DNA from: Macrostomum lignano
Taxonomy: Eukaryota
NCBI GenBank assembly: GCA_002269645.1
Contig: NIVC01000100.1
Coordinates: 930,001-994,000, forward strand
DNA length: 64,000 bases
Direction of reading: 5' to 3'
In this document: one piece after another, positions 1 through 27,397 of the stretch
How positions within the stretch are numbered: the stretch's first letter is position 1
Layout: the number at the start of each line of letters is the position of its first letter
Position numbers and translations under genes: made by a program
Notes under the pieces: model-generated
What the model saw: the letters and a program-made list of their open reading frames with translations, nothing else
Database searches by the model: none
Told to the model about the DNA's origin: nothing

Positions 1-300
1 GCAGTAGTAGTAGTAGTGGTAGTAGTAGTAGTAGTAGTAGTAGTAGCAGTAGTAGTAGTAGTAGTAGTAGTAGTAGCAGTAGTGGTAGTAGTAGTAGTAG
101 TAGCAGTAGTGGTAGTAGTAGTAGCAGTAGTGGTAGTAGTAGTAGTAGTAGTAGCAGTAGTGGTAGTAGTAGTAGCAGTAGTGCTAGTAGTAGTAGTAGC
201 AGTAGTAGTAGTGGTAGTAGTAGTGGTAGTAGTAGTAGTAGTAGTAGTTGCAGTAGTAGTAGTAGTACAGTAGTAGTAGCAGTAGTGCTAGCAGTAGTGC

Positions 301-333
<33 letters not shown>

Positions 334-398
334 CAGTAGTAGTAGCAGTAGTAGTAGTGGTGGTAGTAGTAGTAGTAGTAGCAGTAGTAGTAGTAGTT
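1..398. repeat. (GTA)n trinucleotide microsatellite with GCA/GTG variants
   Basis: Direct reading; intron upstream of the first visible BIRC6 exon. Confidence 0.95.
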
Positions 399-554
399 TT
401 TGTTGTAGTCGTATGTTGTACGTTCGTTTTTACTATAGTACTAGCGGTAGTGGGTTTTATATATTTATTACAATACTTACTAATTTTTAAGTACATTGTT
501 CAATTCTCAAACTCTATTGACTAACATAGATCACTCTTTATCCTCCCGCAACAG

Positions 555-16919
<16,365 letters not shown>

Positions 16920-16988
16920 AATTTTTGCTTTTTAATCTGTTTCCTGCGCTACTATTTGAACTGTCTAGGTGAATTTATTATTGTATAT

Positions 16989-17184
16989 AAGACCAATGGC
17001 TAAATTATTATGATTGTATGATGAAAATACTGTATTCTATAACTATGAATATATTGCAATATTTTGTTTAATGAACGCATTATGAAATTGAATTACTATT
17101 TCCCCCAAGGGGGACGCAAATGGCTAGTCCACATATACTAAAATTCGCAGATTGTGTTATCGCAATTATTTAGCCATTGGTCTT
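16989..17184. repeat. 17-bp inverted repeat pair (possible MITE remnant) just downstream of the BIRC6 stop
   Basis: AAGACCAATGGCTAAAT (16989-17005) and its reverse complement (17168-17184); no TSD found. Confidence 0.45.
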
Positions 17185-18299
17185 CTCTCCTTATCGCCTC
17201 CCCTTTATTCCCATTTGCTCTGAGACACATGTCTGTTTCTGCTTGCTTAAAATATTTGTTAACAACATTCATTCATTCAACTTCGAGACAAGTTTTTATT
17301 GATTGAGTACAATTTTAATATTTGTGTTTTTTTCTGTTTAAACAACAAACTCAGCCTATACAGAATTGATAAACTTATTAGTCGATAAACTCCCAACACA
17401 CTCGACTTTGCTAAGAAATTGTCTATTACATATGCTTGTGCTTGTTCAATCAATTTGTGAGTTATATTATATTGCTTATTTTTCATCTGTATTACATTAT
17501 ACTGCACTAATTTACCAACTTTGCAAAAATTACTAAAAAAAACTCTTAATAATAATTTACAATCACATTTACGAATGCTGTGCTTGATTATTATTATTAT
17601 TATTATTCAGAACGCATGGGCTTGCTTGTTGCTACATATATATATATATTCATACACTTATTTGCAGTAATCATTTTTGGACAGCATCGGATCAGTTTTT
17701 AGGCCGCTTTTTTTCAATTACTATAGCTCAGATTTTTTTCAGTCGTCCGAACTGTCTCTTGTCGTTGCTGTACTTTCCAATTGTTTTCAAATATTAATTT
17801 AGGTTAAATCGGTACACCTTGAATACTTCCCGCAGTCGCCAAACTTACTAATTAGCAGTAGTAGGATTGTAGTTAAAATTTTATAAACTGACCATTTTCC
17901 CCTTAACAGTCTGCCTACTGTTTGAGTCGGCTAATTTGTAACAAGTGAACATTGTTGCAAGCTTGAAATGCAACCTTAACAGTTAAGTTACACTATAACG
18001 CTACCAACTTACAAGTAATAAGTGAATACAAACTTCTTTTTTCTTACCTGTGTAAGAAAACAACTATAAATGCTTATTTATGAAATATACTGAAGCACAC
18101 AAACAGATACAATTTGCCGGCGTTTTGCGCTGAGTTTAGCATAACAACAGCGTTAACTGATTCATTTTGTACTTGCTTTCGATATTGTAACTATAGCATC
18201 TTTAATTGTCTAAAATTAGGTAGAGAAATTTCGTAGGAGACCGAAGTTAAACTGTAAAACCGATTAAATTTATTTATACTCGCGCTCTTCATAACCGCA

Positions 18300-18715
18300 G
18301 AGGTCCCACAGAATCCTCCCACCAACGAACATCTCCACCCGCAGAACCTCTACCCCGATAAAACCCCTCCCCCCACAAAACCCCTCCCCCCGCAAAACCC
18401 ATCCTCCACGGAACCCCTCCCCTCACAAAACGCCTCCCCCACCGAACCCCCCCACAGAACCCCTCCCCGCACAAACCCCACACAGAACCCCCCTCCACGG
18501 AACCCCTCCCCGCACAACGCCCCCCTTCAAACCCCTTTCCCCCACAACGCCCCCCCTACAAACCCCTTTCCCCCACAACCCCCACACAGAACCCCATGCC
18601 ACAGAACCCTTCCCCCTACAGAACATTCCCCCACAGAACCCCTCCCCCATATAACCTCCACAGAACCCTCGCAGAACCCTCACCCACAAAATAACCCCCC
18701 CCCCAATTCTTTCGC
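18300..18715. repeat. Degenerate C-rich minisatellite (CCCCACAGAACCCC-like)
   Basis: Direct reading; immediately upstream of the MED29-like exon. Confidence 0.8.
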
Positions 18716-18803
18716 ACAACTTCTACCAGTAATTTATGTCTATACAGTAGTCAATAAGCAATCAATAAAAAAGCATCAGCATTCCGTGTATTGCACATTC
18801 CAG

Positions 18804-20255
18804 TCTCAACTAACGCCAATTAGAGATCAATCCGCCACAGTTCCACCTGGAATGGTTGGCAGCGGCGGCGGCGGCGGGTCATCTTTAGCATCGTCTACTA
18901 GCGGCGGCGCTGGTCAAACCAATCCTACAGAATCATTCGATTCTGTTCAACGCTACCTGCGTTTAATGATGAAGCTGAAAGAAGTCACGGGCAAATACTT
19001 GGATCATTCGTTGGCTCAGTCGCTTCGTCAGGCTGTCGAATTTGATTTAGGCGACGCTGATTATTACGAACGAACTCCGCCTATACCGCAGGAGCTGCCT
19101 CAGTTACTCGATCAGATGGAAGTGCTATTAAAACACTTGATTAGTTGGGCAGATTTGCACCTGTGCCAACAGACCGCAGCTATGAGTATTGGTGCTAGTA
19201 TGAGACAGCAGCAGCAGCCTGGTCAGCAAGACCACCTATCTCTAGACGCTGAGTCCGTTCGTCAACGATCTCAAAACGACATTGAGCGTTGTCAAGCGTC
19301 TGTAGAGCCTCTAGCCGATTTAGTTAAGCGCCTGTCTCACAGTGCCGCTTCTGGAGCTGCCGCGGTTGCCGCCAAAACAGCCGCTGCCGCAGAGGCTGCT
19401 CGCGCCGCGGCTGCAGCGGCTGTTGAGGCAAAAGCGAAAGCCGAAGCCGAGGCTTCAGCCAGGGCGGCGATTGAAGAAGAGCGAGCTCAAGCGGCCCAGG
19501 CTGAAGCGGCCAAGATTGAAGCTGAAGCAGCCGCCGCCTCAGCCACCGCTGCCGCTTTGCAAGCTGCAGAAGCAGAAATTTTAGCCAAGACTGAAGCTCA
19601 GTCTGCTGATTCTGCAGTTAAGCAAGAGGAAGTCCAACAAGAGTTGAAGCAGGCCCCATCGTCTGTTCCAGCTTCTTCTGCATCAACTAGTCATTCTAGC
19701 ACGCCTCAGCCTCAGCAGCCAGAGCAGGAGCAGCAGAAATTAGTTGAAAAGAAAGAATTTGAAGAGCCAATGGAATCCAAAGCTCAAGGAGAGGATGAAA
19801 AAGAAAAGCTTCTACCAGTAGTTTCTTCTGCTACATCCGATGCCCCAATAAAATCGGAACAATTCCTGCCAACTTCGGTTGAGCAACAACCAACTCAAGC
19901 TATTGCATCGACTTCTGCTACTAGCACTACTGTTAGTAGTAGTACTACTTCATTAACAGTTAAACCTGAAGCAGCATTGACAACTGTCGGCGAGGATATG
20001 ATGACATCTGAGGATTTTGACATGCTTTCAGCTGTTGATGCACTTATCGATTCTCAACAGCAGCTGGAGCAGCAACAGTCTGAAGCTGCTACTGATGCTT
20101 CTGCCACAGCTGCTCATCCTACTGAACCGCCTACTACTACTACTACTACAGCTGAAGATGTTGAAATGATTGACTTTATCACCTCCGCAACTGGAGACGA
20201 CGGCGGAGGTGGTGGCGGCGGTGGCGGCTCATCAAATAAACCACCGACGGTGTAA
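18804..20255 (+). CDS. MED29: Mediator subunit 29 (Intersex)-like protein with long Ala/Glu/Gln/Ser/Thr-rich C-terminal extension
   Basis: Open frame 18786-20255; acceptor-like TTCCAG ends at 18803 and the first ATG is at 18852. FDSVQRYLRLMMKLKE...LAQSLRQAVEFDLG...LLDQMEVLLK aligns by eye to human MED29 as recalled (FDPVQRYKMLIPQLKE...AAQNLIQNTNIDNG...LCDQLELCLR). Any upstream exon was not identified. Confidence 0.65.
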   Translation, partial: SQLTPIRDQSATVPPGMVGSGGGGGSSLASSTSGGAGQTNPTESFDSVQRYLRLMMKLKEVTGKYLDHSLAQSLRQAVEFDLGDADYYERTPPIPQELPQLLDQMEVLLKHLISWADLHLCQQTAAMSIGASMRQQQQPGQQDHLSLDAESVRQRSQNDIERCQASVEPLADLVKRLSHSAASGAAAVAAKTAAAAEAARAAAAAAVEAKAKAEAEASARAAIEEERAQAAQAEAAKIEAEAAAASATAAALQAAEAEILAKTEAQSADSAVKQEEVQQELKQAPSSVPASSASTSHSSTPQPQQPEQEQQKLVEKKEFEEPMESKAQGEDEKEKLLPVVSSATSDAPIKSEQFLPTSVEQQPTQAIASTSATSTTVSSSTTSLTVKPEAALTTVGEDMMTSEDFDMLSAVDALIDSQQQLEQQQSEAATDASATAAHPTEPPTTTTTTAEDVEMIDFITSATGDDGGGGGGGGGSSNKPPTV

Positions 20256-20511
20256 AACATCAAAACTTTTATTAACTTGCTACTGCTTAAGTAATATGTT
20301 GTGCATAGGAACCCAGTTTTAAATTTGTGTAATTGGTCAATTCAGTAGTAAAATAAATAAATAATGCCAATGGTAAACCCGCCTATTTACTTTTTCCTAA
20401 ATTATTATGAAATACTAGTGTGATTTTCTTAAATTTTGTTCGTTTTTATTTATTGTCCTATGTAAACTGATTATCCTCTGTTTCAATAGGTTATTTGTTT
20501 CGACGCATGTA

Positions 20512-21340
20512 GTGGGTGGACACAGCTACCCCTTCAGTAATGGGCACAGTTACCACTTCAGTAATGGGCACAGTTACCACTTCAGTAATGGACACAGCTA
20601 CCACTTCAGTAATGGACACAGCTACCCCTTCAGTAATGGACACAGCTACCCCTTCAGTAATGGACACAGTTACCACTTCAGTAATGGACACAGCTACCAC
20701 TTCAGTAATGGACACAGCTACCCCTTCAGTAATGGGCACAGTTACCACTTCAGTAATGGGCACAGTTACCACTTCAGTAATGGACACAGCTACCACTTCA
20801 GTAATGGACACAGCTACCCCTTCAGTAATGGGCACAGTTACCACTTCAGTAATGGACACAGTTACCACTTCAGTAATGGACACAGCTACCACTTCAGTAA
20901 TGGACACAGCTACCACTTCAGTAATGGACACAGCTACCACTTCAGTAATGGACACAGCTACCACTTCAGTAATGGACACAGCTACCACCTTAGTAGTGGA
21001 CACAGCTACCACTTCAGTAATGGACACAGCTACCACCTTAGTAGTGGACACAGCTACCACTTCAGTAATGGACACAGCTACCACTTCAGTAATGGACACA
21101 GCTACCACTTCAGTAATGGACACAGCTACCACTTCAGTAATGGACACAGCTACCACTTCAGTAATGGACACAGCTACCACTTCAGTAATGGACACAGCTA
21201 CCACCTTAGTAGTGGACACAGCTACCACTTCAGTAATGGACACAGCTACCACTTCAGTAATGGACACAGCGTCCACTTCAGTAGCGACACAGCTACCACT
21301 TTAGTAATGGACACAGTTACCCCTCCAGTGTACACAGCTC
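20512..21340. repeat. 24-bp minisatellite CTTCAGTAATGGACACAGCTACCA
   Basis: About 33 units, running into the acceptor of HINT copy 1. Confidence 0.93.
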
Positions 21341-21357
21341 CTCTCATTCTGTTTCAG

Positions 21358-21966
21358 CCCGTCATCGCCCCCAACCCTCATTCGCCAACAAGCCGGCAAT
21401 CGGCCCCTCGCCCTCACCTACGCAGCCTACTTGCCATTCTGTGCGTCAGCGGGGTCTCATTCCTACTAGCACTGAGCAGTCATCAGTCAGCAGTGTCGTC
21501 CAGTTCTGTCATGACATCGACAGCCTCCGAACCGAGCGAAGCCTCAATGGGCCAGTGCTCGCTGCCTGGCGACAGTCGCAAGCCGTCAATTTTCACTAAA
21601 ATAATCCGCCGAGAAGTTCCGGCAAAGATTCTGTACGAAGACGAAATGGTAATTTCGTTTCTTGGCTTGCCGCAGAACCGCGTCACCCCTGTGCAGTTTC
21701 TTGTTGTGCCAAAGAAACAACTGGCCACGCTGGAGGAGGCGCACTCTTGCGATGAAGCTGCTCTGGGCCGAATGTTTACCGTTGCTAGTCTGGTTGCTAA
21801 GCAACAGGGAGTTACCAATGGTTACAGATTGGTTATTAATAATGGTAACGACTCTGGGCAAGAGGTGCCTCATCTACATATTCACGTGTTTGCGCTTAAC
21901 GCCCAAAAAATAAAAAAATTGCGGAAAAGTGTCCTGTCAACTTGCAAAAAATTTGCCGTTTTTTGA
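21358..21966 (+). pseudogene. HINT (histidine triad nucleotide-binding) duplicate, 3'-diverged: native C-terminus replaced
   Basis: Near-identical to 23742-24277 (offset 2384) up to 21893, then reads ALNAQKIKKLRKSVLSTCKKFAVF* instead of AGQPMSWPPGTD*. HLHIH triad retained. Pseudogene versus expressed variant is unresolved. Confidence 0.6.
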
Positions 21967-22849
21967 TTTTGAAGTACCGAAAATTACGCTTGAATTGCAT
22001 TTTTTAATTTTTTGCTTTTTTTATATTATAGATTTTTTATATTGCATCTTTCGCAATTAAAACAATTTTCTTGAGTTTTCTTTGATTTAGGTGGTAATTA
22101 AATTACAATTGATTTTTACATACTTTTCTGTTGCATTTTCTTTAATTTTTAATTGAAGTTATAATTCAATTACAATTGATTTGTAAAAACTATTTTGTTG
22201 CATTTTCTTCAATTGAAGTGGTTATAAAAGAAATTAATTTGTGAAAACTGTTTTGTTGCATTTACTTTAATTGAAGTGGTTATTAAATTACAATAATTTG
22301 TGAAGTACAGCCTTCTTTGTAACAGTTATCTGATCCAACATTTTTTGAGTTGCCTTCATTTTAATTGATTCAAATTGCATTTTATTAAATAAATGTTGGA
22401 TGCTGAATGTTGAATATGCACCTTTTTTCACAATTCATACACAAAAGGCTCGACGCATCAGATCTTGGTATAGAGATAAAAATGACTAAAACTGTTTTAA
22501 ATCTCATCCAGCATAGCATGTTTTAATTTATAATGAAGAATTTCGATATCAGGATAAATGAATTATTAGACAGAAAAGGTTGGAATTATTCATGTTTCCT
22601 TGAGTATGCATGCTGAAATTTAGTTTTATCCTAACATTTATCGCTTTGGCCTAAAGTACAATTAATCCCAGATGACAATAAAAAGCTAAATAAAAACACA
22701 TTTCGTTAAAATTAATGTAGTAGTTGGCTCAGGAAGAATGGAATAAAGTATTTATCAAAATTATAGTGTTTAAACTATGGTATAATAGCTTATCATTATT
22801 AAGATACTATGTAACAGTGATTATTATTATAATAGAAGTATTTTTATCT

Positions 22850-23200
22850 TGTTATAATCAGGGGCAGACAAAATCAGACAAAACAAAAATGCAACATCAT
22901 TTTTTGATGGATCAGTTTTAATTAGATGAATATTCGTTAGTTATTTTAGATTCGGAGTGTGTAGGAAGTTATTTAGGTTTTAATGGGACGTTACCAACAA
23001 TGAGAACAAGAACGATTGTTGCATAAATTGTTTGTTAATTACAAATGTATGTAAAGGGAAAAACAGACATTCATGTTAAGTAATGCATAGATACTACGAG
23101 TAGTCTGTTGCATTTTTGCAAAGAAGATATTCCATTTTGGAATATGAGATAGGAGAAATGTTATAATATTGCTACAGACAATTGAAAGTAAAGTAAATAT
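22850..23200 (+). mobile_element. Possible highly decayed LINE RT fragment between the HINT copies
   Basis: The stop-riddled translation KSDKTKMQ...LDEYSLVILDSECVGSYLGF loosely resembles the KTK.M...YLG motif of the RT thumb region; weak. Confidence 0.2.
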
Positions 23201-23544
23201 ATATTTATCTCCAGGCAGCTGACCTTTTTGTATTGTACTTTGAAGTTCCTATTCTTTAAATTAAAGTGTTTATCTATTAGAAAATCCTTAGGTAGTCAAT
23301 ATCTTTTAGCTTTCCCATCATGTTCATTAGTAGTATTAATGGTGCTTTTTCAATCCTAGCATTGTGGCCAGTGAAAAATTTATCAGCAATGACAAAAGCC
23401 CATGATTTACTCTGACTGAAGTATTCTATTTATAAATGCTAATCATATAATACATTCATTTCCTGTTAGAAATCTTCCAGACTTGGTTAGCTGATATTTA
23501 AAAAGGGTTAGACTAATTTGATAACGTTCGTGCGCTCTAGATTT

Positions 23545-23725
23545 TAAGTCCACAGTTATCCCTTCAGTGGACACAGTTGCCCCTCAGTAGACACAGCTGC
23601 CCCTCCAGCGTACATAGCTGCCCCTTCAGTGGACACAGTTGCCCCTCAGTGGACACAGCTGCCCCTCCAGCGTACACAGCTTCCCCTTCAGTGGACACAG
23701 TTACCCCTCCAGTGTACACAGCTCC
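23545..23725. repeat. Short degenerate ~21-bp array CCCCTTCAGTGGACACAGCTG (relative of the 24-mer)
   Basis: Direct reading; precedes the acceptor of HINT copy 2. Confidence 0.8.
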
Positions 23726-23741
23726 TCTCATCGTGTTTCAG

Positions 23742-24314
23742 CCCGTCATCGCCCCCAACCCTCATTCGCCAACAAGCCGGCAATCGGCCCCTCGCCCTCA
23801 CCTACGCAGCCTACTTGCCATTCTGTGCGTCAGCGGGGTCTCATTCCTACTAGCACTGAGCAGTCATCAGTCAGCAGTGTCGTCCAGTTCTGTCATGACA
23901 TCGACAGCCTCCGAACCGAGCGAAGCCTCAATGGGCCAGTGCTCGCTGCCTGGCGACAGTCGCAAGCCGTCAATTTTCACTAAAATAATCCGCCGAGAAG
24001 TTCCGGCAAAGATTCTGTACGAAGACGAAATGGTAATTTCGTTTCTTGGCTTGCCGCAGAACCGCGTCACCCCTGTGCAGTTTCTCGTTGTGCCAAAGAA
24101 ACAACTGGCCACGCTGGAGGAGGCGCACTCTTGCGATGAAGCTGCTCTGGGCCGAATGTTTACCGTTGCTAGTCTGGTTGCTAAGCAACAGGGAGTTACC
24201 AATGGTTACAGATTGGTTATTAATAATGGTAACGACTCTGGGCAAGAGGTGCCTCATCTGCATATTCATGTGTTTGCTGGACAACCTATGAGTTGGCCAC
24301 CTGGCACTGACTAA
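23742..24314 (+). CDS. HINT: HINT1/HINT2-family histidine triad protein (complete copy)
   Basis: Acceptor TTTCAG ends at 23741; first in-frame ATG at 23895 gives 139 aa. Motifs SIFTKIIRREVPAKILYED, FLVVPKKQL, GYRLVINNGNDSGQEVPHLHIHVF and the terminal WPPG are typical of HINT. AATAAA near 24380. Confidence 0.9.
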   Translation, partial: PVIAPNPHSPTSRQSAPRPHLRSLLAILCVSGVSFLLALSSHQSAVSSSSVMTSTASEPSEASMGQCSLPGDSRKPSIFTKIIRREVPAKILYEDEMVISFLGLPQNRVTPVQFLVVPKKQLATLEEAHSCDEAALGRMFTVASLVAKQQGVTNGYRLVINNGNDSGQEVPHLHIHVFAGQPMSWPPGTD

Positions 24315-24572
24315 TTAAAGTTAGCGATTGTCGATCTCCTCGCTGGAGTACATTTAAAAAACTTTCAATTGTATAATGAAATAAAGTCTTCTATTGAAGC
24401 CAAATAGCCTGCCTTTGATTGGAAATATATGCTCGTATATATCGATTATTTTATTTTTGTGCGTCTTCAGTAAACTAGTACAAATAAACGCTTTTTGCTT
24501 CTTTTTAATTCGATTCATAGTTTTACCGGAAATTTCCCGGAAAGTATGTTAGTGTTCAATAAAAGTTCAAGA

Positions 24573-24990
24573 CGATTCTCACTGAAGTGCAAGACGATTC
24601 TCACTATAGCTCAAGACGATTCTCACTATAGTTCACGACGATTCTCACTATAGTTCACGACGATTCTCACTATAGTTCACGACGATTCTCACTATAGTTC
24701 ACGACGACTCTCACTGAAGTGCAAGACGATTCTCACTATAGTTCACGACGATTCTCACTATAGTTCACGACGATTCTCACTATAGTTCACGACGATTCTC
24801 ACTATAGTTCACGACGACTCTCACTGAAGTGCAAGACGATTCTCACTATAGTTCACGACGATTCTCACTATAGTTCACGACGATTCTCACTATAGTTCAC
24901 GACGATTCTCACTATAGTTCACGACGACTCTCACTGAAGTGCAAGACGATTCTCAATATAGTTCAAGACGATTCTCAATATTGTTCAGGA
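24573..24990. repeat. 22-bp minisatellite GACGATTCTCACTATAGTTCAC with 110-bp higher-order repeat
   Basis: Four A units plus one variant (GACGACTCTCACTGAAGTGCAA); 24671 recurs at 24781. Confidence 0.9.
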
Positions 24991-25184
24991 CGATTCGGTT
25001 AAAGTTTGTGGCAAATCTCTGTAAAATGTTTTTTCAAAGCGATTCTTAGAAATAAATATTTGATAACTATTCTAAGTCTACACTACGTTTTGACGTCATT
25101 TTTACAGCTTACATATCAACTTTGTCTTTTGCTGATCATTGATCGTTAAAAAGCTTGAAAAGAACTTCGGGTATTTTAAAGAGA

Positions 25185-26249
25185 ATGTTTTGTCGCATCT
25201 ACCAACGCTGCCACCATTCTACTCAACCGTTTGCTTTGCTGCAACACTTTGCAAGCAAATCGTTGCCTATTAATTTCTATAATTGCGCCGCTACAAGTGT
25301 TTATGCTACTACTAGCCTGAGTTGTTTGACTCAATCTTGCGCTATTCATCGACGTCAATTGTCGCAGGCTTCTCTAACTGATCAGTCATCAGAAAGTAAA
25401 CAATTGCTTTCACACCAGCAACAGTCCAAGCCGAAACTGCATTGGACTGAAGAGTTTCGCATTCGATCGCCGAAGGTTCCACTGAGTAGACTGCAGGACG
25501 AGCCAGTTGTAGCCATAGACATTGAAAGCGACGCCTTCAACGATAGACGGATAGCATTTCTATTGCGTCGGGGCATTTTAAAAGTTCCGCTGCATCCGAG
25601 AATGCGCGGTCTAGGCAAGATACTTAGCTATTGCGGTTTGTTTAGCCTGCCCTACTTGATGTTCTGCAAATGGGCTGGCGGTACACCTTTGCTTGGCGAG
25701 ATGACCACTTATGCTATTCCAGCTGCAGTAGCTGGCGTCTGTATTGGCTACCTTGGCATCAATCTAGCCTTAGAGAAGGCCTATCTTGCTAATAGAATCT
25801 ATTCGATAGCATTAGACGAAAATGATCCAACAATGGTTTATATTAGCACCTTGCCTGCTGGCGGTTGGCTTCACGGACAGCATCGCAGCTACGTGACTAC
25901 TATTGATAATATCGTAGTGGACACCGAAAATGCCAATAGAAATTGGGCTAAGCTGAGCTTCAAAGCTGGCGGCGAAGGTCTGTCATTCTCTTTGCCGATA
26001 AGCAAACGAAAATGTTTTGTAGTCGATGGCAGGGCAATGTCGGCGTTCACCTCGGCAATCTGGTCGTCTAGTTCGGCTGCATCGGCGGCTAAGCTGTCGG
26101 ACATGCGCGGCTTCGATCAGGTGTCCTTGCCGAATGAACGGGAAATTGATCGTCACCTTGACAGTTTGATGACTCCTGAAAATGCCAGTCAGTCGAGTGA
26201 GAAGTCTGACGATTCTAATCAGAATAAGAAACAGAAATCCACTGCTTGA
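25185..26249 (+). CDS. Intronless probable mitochondrial inner-membrane protein, TMEM70/TMEM186/TMEM223 family-like
   Basis: 354-aa ORF from ATG 25185. It has an Arg/Ser-rich, acid-poor presequence-like N-terminus and two hydrophobic segments (LGKILSYCGLFSLPYLMF; YAIPAAVAGVCIGYLGINLAL). These are followed by RIYSIALDENDPTMVYISTL, resembling the post-TM motif of TMEM186. AATAAA near 26376. Family assignment is by eye. Confidence 0.55.
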   Translation: MFCRIYQRCHHSTQPFALLQHFASKSLPINFYNCAATSVYATTSLSCLTQSCAIHRRQLSQASLTDQSSESKQLLSHQQQSKPKLHWTEEFRIRSPKVPLSRLQDEPVVAIDIESDAFNDRRIAFLLRRGILKVPLHPRMRGLGKILSYCGLFSLPYLMFCKWAGGTPLLGEMTTYAIPAAVAGVCIGYLGINLALEKAYLANRIYSIALDENDPTMVYISTLPAGGWLHGQHRSYVTTIDNIVVDTENANRNWAKLSFKAGGEGLSFSLPISKRKCFVVDGRAMSAFTSAIWSSSSAASAAKLSDMRGFDQVSLPNEREIDRHLDSLMTPENASQSSEKSDDSNQNKKQKSTA

Positions 26250-26473
26250 ATAATGGCGCGATTGTACACTCGTATACGCAGAATTTCATAGCTTAGTATA
26301 ACAACCGTCTGAGCACCATTGTTAGTAGGATTGCGTCACATCTACTTTAATTATTTTATCATCGAGACTTGTATAATAAAAGCATCCTTTCTGTCAGTTG
26401 AGCAGAGTTGCTCATGATTCAACTCGTGCCCATCGTCGCACAACCATACGCACGCCATACATATATACACTAG

Positions 26474-26931
26474 TATTGGTTTTGTCAGCCTAACTGAGAG
26501 TGGGGCCATCCAAAGTGAGAATCCTGCCTACGCTGACTGCGAAGGGCCTGGCTGCGTGCAGCCTTAGTCTATGGGCCATAGACAATAAAGGACAAGCAAA
26601 GTGATAAAAAGCCATCCAATGTGAGAATCCTGCCTACGCTGAATACGAAGGGCCTAGCTGCGTCCAGCCTAGTCTATGAGCCATAGACTATAAAGGATAA
26701 GCTAGGATTGGCTAGTCATATGGCTCAGAAGCTCAGAAGGTATAAAAATAAAAGAATACGACGCATAGACCAATCGATTCTCACATTGGATGGCTTTTTA
26801 TCACTTTGCTTGTCCTTTATTGTCTATGGCCCATAGACTAAGGCTGCACGCAGCCAGGCCCTTCGCAGTCAGCGTGGGCGGGATTCTCACTTTGGATGGC
26901 TTTGTTCTCAGTTAGGCTGACAAAAGCAATA
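26474..26931. mobile_element. Foldback/MITE-like element with long (about 150 bp) modular inverted arms
   Basis: 26474-~26630 is almost perfectly reverse-complementary to ~26775-26931. A diverged tandem copy of the ~100-bp module lies at ~26610-26700. Internal palindrome GTCTATGGGCCATAGAC. No TSD recognised. Confidence 0.7.
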
Positions 26932-27397
26932 TCTTTTTACCGCTAAAAAACTCTTGAAACTAAATTGAGTCAAGAACAGTGGCTCTGAACCTGCCAGATG
27001 CAACCTTTCATAACCCAGTGTTGATAACTCAACCGTATTTACTATAATTGATCAGTGAATTAGTTGATAAAAAATCATCCAGCTTAGAACCATGCGTTAT
27101 AAAAACTATAGTTTACCTTGCTTAAGTTTCTGTCGCCTGTACAGGTAAAAAAGTTCTGCTAACACGTTTTGTGTCTAGCTCCACCGTAAGGTTAACGTTA
27201 CTGATGTTTGCAAATAATAAAGTTGTTAAAACACTGTTAAAGTTTGAATTATCTAAATACACGGTCATTTTAAAGCTTGCTTTAAAAATTTAAATTTCTT
27301 TTCAAAGTTTTTCAAATTTATCTGTCATATTTGTTATTCACGATATGCTTTCTAATTTAGCAGATAGAAATATATAGGAATTTATTCACTAGTTTGG

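Noticed and set aside
21894-21910. piggyBac/Kolobok-type TTAA terminus at the HINT copy 1 breakpoint
   Set aside because: No matching inverted terminus or second TTAA TSD was found before copy 2.
24573-24990. CRISPR-like regular repeats and T7-promoter-like CTCACTATAG
   Set aside because: Units are directly adjacent with no unique spacers, there are no cas genes and the context is eukaryotic. The T7 match is only 10 nt and lacks TAATACGA.
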